From assembly GCA_949291395.1 (NCBI GenBank), contig CASEVW010000117.1, positions 1 to 63,275 of the forward strand: 63,275 bases of DNA, written 5' to 3'. Positions 60,251-63,275 of this stretch are shown in pieces. Below the pieces are notes generated by a model that was not told the origin of the DNA, did not search any database, and saw only the letters and a list, made by a program, of their open reading frames with translations. The DNA is from an uncultured Oscillospiraceae bacterium. Its GTDB lineage: Bacteria > Bacillota > Clostridia > Oscillospirales > Ruminococcaceae. Positions within the stretch are counted from its first letter, which is position 1, and every line of letters starts with the position of its first letter. The translations under genes were made by a program, and so were the position numbers.

Positions 60251-61720
60251 ATGGGACCCTATTATTTGGCCATCGACATCGGCGCGTCCAGTGGCCGGCA
60301 CATTCTGGGGCATGTAGAAAACGGTCGGATGCTCCTGGATGAGGTTCACCGTTTTGAGAACCGCCAGGTCCGCCGTAATGGTCATGACTGCTGGGACATT
60401 CAGCATCTTTGGCAGGGCATTCTGGACGGTTTGAAGGCCTGCAAAACTCTGGGCAAAATCCCCGCTTCCGTAGGCATCGACACCTGGGCGGTGGATTTTG
60501 TGCTGCTGGGCGAAAGCGGTGACCGCATCAGCGACGCAGTCGCCTACCGGGACAGCCGCACCGACGGTGTTGACCGTCTGGTGGAGGCAAAAATCCCCGC
60601 AGAAGAGCTGTATGCCCATACCGGAATCCAGAAGCAGAGCTTCAATACCATCTATCAGCTTGTTGCCCTGCAGCAGGAGCACCCCGAGCAATTGGAGGCC
60701 GCGCACAGCCTGCTGATGATCCCCGACTATTTCAACTACCTGCTGACCGGTGTAAAGAAGCAGGAATACACCAACGCCACCAGCACCGGCCTGGTCAACG
60801 CCGCTGCAAAGGAATGGGACCGGGCGCTGCTGGAGCGGCTCGGCCTGCCCGTCCACCTGTTCGGGCCGCTTTCCATGCCGGGCGAAACGGTGGGCTCGCT
60901 GCGGCCCGATATTGCCGAGGCCGTCGGCTTCCAGACCACCGTGGTGCTGCCCGCCACCCACGACACCGGCTCCGCCTTTCTGGCGGTACCCGCCGAGGAT
61001 GACAACGCGGTGTATCTGTCCAGCGGCACCTGGAGCCTGCTGGGTGTGGAAAACCCCGAGCCGATCACCAGCGAGGCCAGCCGCCTGCAGAACTTTACCA
61101 ACGAGGGCGGCGCCTGGTACCGGTACCGTTACCTGAAAAATATCATGGGTCTGTGGATGATCCAGTCCATCCGCCGGGAGCTGAACGGCGTGGACTATGT
61201 GGAGGGCAAGACCCGGGCCGAGTGGACGCTGGACGTTGCCGCCGGGGAGCGCCAGTGGACCTTTCCTGACCTGATTGCCAGCGCGGAGGGCGCGGCGGAT
61301 TTTGCCAGCATCGTGGACGCCAACGACGATGCCTTCCTGGCGCCGGACAGCATGATCGCCGCCGTGCAGAAGGCCTGCGCGAGCAGCGGTCAGCCGGTTC
61401 CCGCCACCGTAGGCCAGCTGATGCAGTGCGTCTACCGCAGTCTGACGCTGTGCTACAAAAACGCCATTGCCGGGCTTTCCCGTCTGACCGGCAAGGAATA
61501 CACCGCCATCCACATCGTGGGCGGCGGCTGCCAGGACAATTACCTCAACCGCATGACCGCCTCTGTGACCGGTCTGCCGGTGTGGGCCGGTCCCGTGGAG
61601 GGCACGGCCATCGGCAACCTGGTCATTCAGATGATCCGCGGCGGCGACTTCGCCGATCTGGCCGCGGCCCGCAGTTGTATCCGTGAAAGTTTCGATATCA
61701 AGGAGGTTCTTCCCCAATGA
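60251..61720 (+). CDS. rhaB: Rhamnulokinase
   Basis: AIDIGASSGR, GIDTWAVD, THDTGSA, SSGTWSL, KNIMGLW, GPVEGTAIGN. Confidence 0.9.
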   Translation: MGPYYLAIDIGASSGRHILGHVENGRMLLDEVHRFENRQVRRNGHDCWDIQHLWQGILDGLKACKTLGKIPASVGIDTWAVDFVLLGESGDRISDAVAYRDSRTDGVDRLVEAKIPAEELYAHTGIQKQSFNTIYQLVALQQEHPEQLEAAHSLLMIPDYFNYLLTGVKKQEYTNATSTGLVNAAAKEWDRALLERLGLPVHLFGPLSMPGETVGSLRPDIAEAVGFQTTVVLPATHDTGSAFLAVPAEDDNAVYLSSGTWSLLGVENPEPITSEASRLQNFTNEGGAWYRYRYLKNIMGLWMIQSIRRELNGVDYVEGKTRAEWTLDVAAGERQWTFPDLIASAEGAADFASIVDANDDAFLAPDSMIAAVQKACASSGQPVPATVGQLMQCVYRSLTLCYKNAIAGLSRLTGKEYTAIHIVGGGCQDNYLNRMTASVTGLPVWAGPVEGTAIGNLVIQMIRGGDFADLAAARSCIRESFDIKEVLPQ

Positions 61721-63141
61721 GCATGTTAGTGGAAACCAAAGCCCGCGTTGGCGTGTTCGCCATCGCCCTGGGTGCTTACCTGCCCCAGTTCCCCAGCCTG
61801 GTCCCCGAGTTCCAGGCCCAGTATGAGCAGTTCAAATCCATGATCCCCGACACGGTGGAGCTGGTGGACGGCGGCATCGTCACCACAAAAGAGCTGAGCC
61901 AGGCCGCCGGCGACAAGTTCCGCGCCGCCGATGTGGATCTGGTAATCCTGCAGCTGCTGACCTACGCCACCTCCTACAACATGCTGCCCGCTGTGCGGGA
62001 TCTGGATGTGCCGGTGGTTCTGGTGAACGTGCAGAAGCTGCGCGCTCCCGACTACGAAAACACCGACACCGCCAAGTGGCTGGGCGAGCTGTACGCCTGC
62101 GGCGCTGTGGGCGAGATGGTTGCCGACCTGGAGCGCGCCGGCAAGCGCCATGCGGTCATCACAGGCGTTGTGGAGGGCGGCGACCCGGTCGTTGAGGCTG
62201 AGATCAACGACTGGTGCAAGGCTGCCCAGGTGCGCCGCCGCTTCCGGGACACCAACCTGGCCCAGATCGGCCGTCCCTACCCCGGCATGATGGACCTGTA
62301 CATCGACGAAACCAACCTCTACCACCGGATGTGGCTGTACACCAAGCAGTTCGACTGGGAGAAGATGTGGGCCATTGCCGACAACATTACCGACGAGGCT
62401 GTCATCCGTGCCAAGGCCGAGGAGATTCTGGACACCTTCGACATCGAGGGCGGCGGCACCGTGGAAAAGGTCTGGGAGATGGCCCGCTATGTGGTGGCCT
62501 TCGAGCAGTGGGTCAAGGACGAGAAGATCGCCTTCATCGCCTCCCACTACGACGGCTTTGCCCAGGGCAAGGCTGGCGTGCTGGACTCCATGCTGATCCC
62601 CGCCTTCTCCATGCTCATCAAGCAGGGCATTGCCTGCGCCGTTGAAGGCGACATCAAGGTCTCCATGGCCATGTCCATCCTGAAGACCATTTCCGGCCAG
62701 GGCCATCTGTCCGAGATGTACTCCATCGACTTCGACAAGGACATCTGCATCATCGGCCATTCCGGCTCCGGCGACGCGGCCATCTCCGCCAAGAAGCCCA
62801 CCATGAAGATCGTTCCTGTCTTCCACGGCAAGACCGGCGGCGGCTACCTGACCCAGTTCTACCCCCATCTGGGCCCCGTGACCTATCTGGGCATCACCCA
62901 GGACAAGGACGGCCACTTCAAGTTTGTGGTAGCCGAGGGAATCAACGAGGATGGCCCCATCTTCACCTTCGGCGACACCAACATGCGCACCCGCTTCACC
63001 TGCGGCGCCCGCGAGTTCGTGAACCGCTGGAGCGAGGCCGGCCCCACCCATCACATGGCTGCCGCCTCCGGCCGTCACATCGACACCATCCTGAAGGTCG
63101 CCGAGATCTTCAACGTGCCGGTGGATGTTATCACCCGTTGA
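61717..63141 (+). CDS. L-arabinose/L-fucose isomerase family protein
   Basis: CAVEGD, SE, GHSG, GPTHH metal-ligand pattern; lies between rhaB and rhaD. Confidence 0.8.
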   Translation: MSMLVETKARVGVFAIALGAYLPQFPSLVPEFQAQYEQFKSMIPDTVELVDGGIVTTKELSQAAGDKFRAADVDLVILQLLTYATSYNMLPAVRDLDVPVVLVNVQKLRAPDYENTDTAKWLGELYACGAVGEMVADLERAGKRHAVITGVVEGGDPVVEAEINDWCKAAQVRRRFRDTNLAQIGRPYPGMMDLYIDETNLYHRMWLYTKQFDWEKMWAIADNITDEAVIRAKAEEILDTFDIEGGGTVEKVWEMARYVVAFEQWVKDEKIAFIASHYDGFAQGKAGVLDSMLIPAFSMLIKQGIACAVEGDIKVSMAMSILKTISGQGHLSEMYSIDFDKDICIIGHSGSGDAAISAKKPTMKIVPVFHGKTGGGYLTQFYPHLGPVTYLGITQDKDGHFKFVVAEGINEDGPIFTFGDTNMRTRFTCGAREFVNRWSEAGPTHHMAAASGRHIDTILKVAEIFNVPVDVITR

Positions 63142-63186
63142 GTCATTCCGCAAAAGCGGTGTTAAGAAAAGAAAGGAAGAGTTCAA

Positions 63187-63275
63187 ATGGAGATTTGCGA
63201 TATCAGCTGTGTAAAAGGCTTTATCCGTATGTGCAACGACGGCTGGCTGCAGGGCTGGCACGAGCGCAACGGCGG
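63187..63275 (+). CDS. rhaD: Rhamnulose-1-phosphate aldolase, N-terminus (runs off window)
   Basis: MEICDISCVKGFIRMCNDGWLQGWHERNGG; GWxERNGG is the RhaD motif. Confidence 0.8.
   Translation, partial: MEICDISCVKGFIRMCNDGWLQGWHERNG

Larger units (their letters stand above)
36813..63275. mobile_element. Large-serine-recombinase integrative element (IME/genomic island); left end at tRNA-Lys, right end not identified
   Basis: LSR 50 bp from the broken tRNA, Tn916-like regulatory block, lower-GC cargo; no 5' tRNA half found in the window, so the extent beyond ~59 kb is uncertain. Confidence 0.65.

Overview
High-GC Clostridia-like chromosome segment, probably Oscillospiraceae (inferred from gene content, Firmicutes-type RBS/promoters and GC-rich codons). 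Positions 1-35.7 kb are mostly housekeeping and nutrient genes: pstSCAB-phoU, ilvE, a lysine-riboswitch-controlled amino-acid ABC transporter, AbgT with two M20 amidohydrolases, a RelE/Phd TA pair, nadE, a frameshifted YbaK, a bile salt hydrolase-like gene, pepT and pepP. An AT-richer AlbA_2/Schlafen-ATPase gene with a 12-bp repeat array sits 3' of tRNA-Ser(CGA). At about 36.8 kb a large-serine-recombinase element has apparently integrated inside the D-arm of tRNA-Lys(CTT), leaving a tRNA without its first ~12 nt next to an inverted, degenerate copy of that missing 5' segment. The element's control region has a Tn916-like layout: HTH, a ~330-nt structured RNA candidate, a DinG Fe-S helicase, a catalytically degenerate resolvase domain, an unlisted 59-aa ORF, a SLOG/HTH cassette and the LSR. 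Its cargo is a glycoside-stripping cluster: a GH2 with the beta-glucuronidase NxKG motif, GH1, GH43, GH78, a GPH symporter, an SDR and a MATE, followed by a rhamnose operon whose isomerase belongs to a non-RhaA family. No CRISPR, rRNA, relaxase or T4SS was seen. All family calls come from motif recognition by eye, not database searches.
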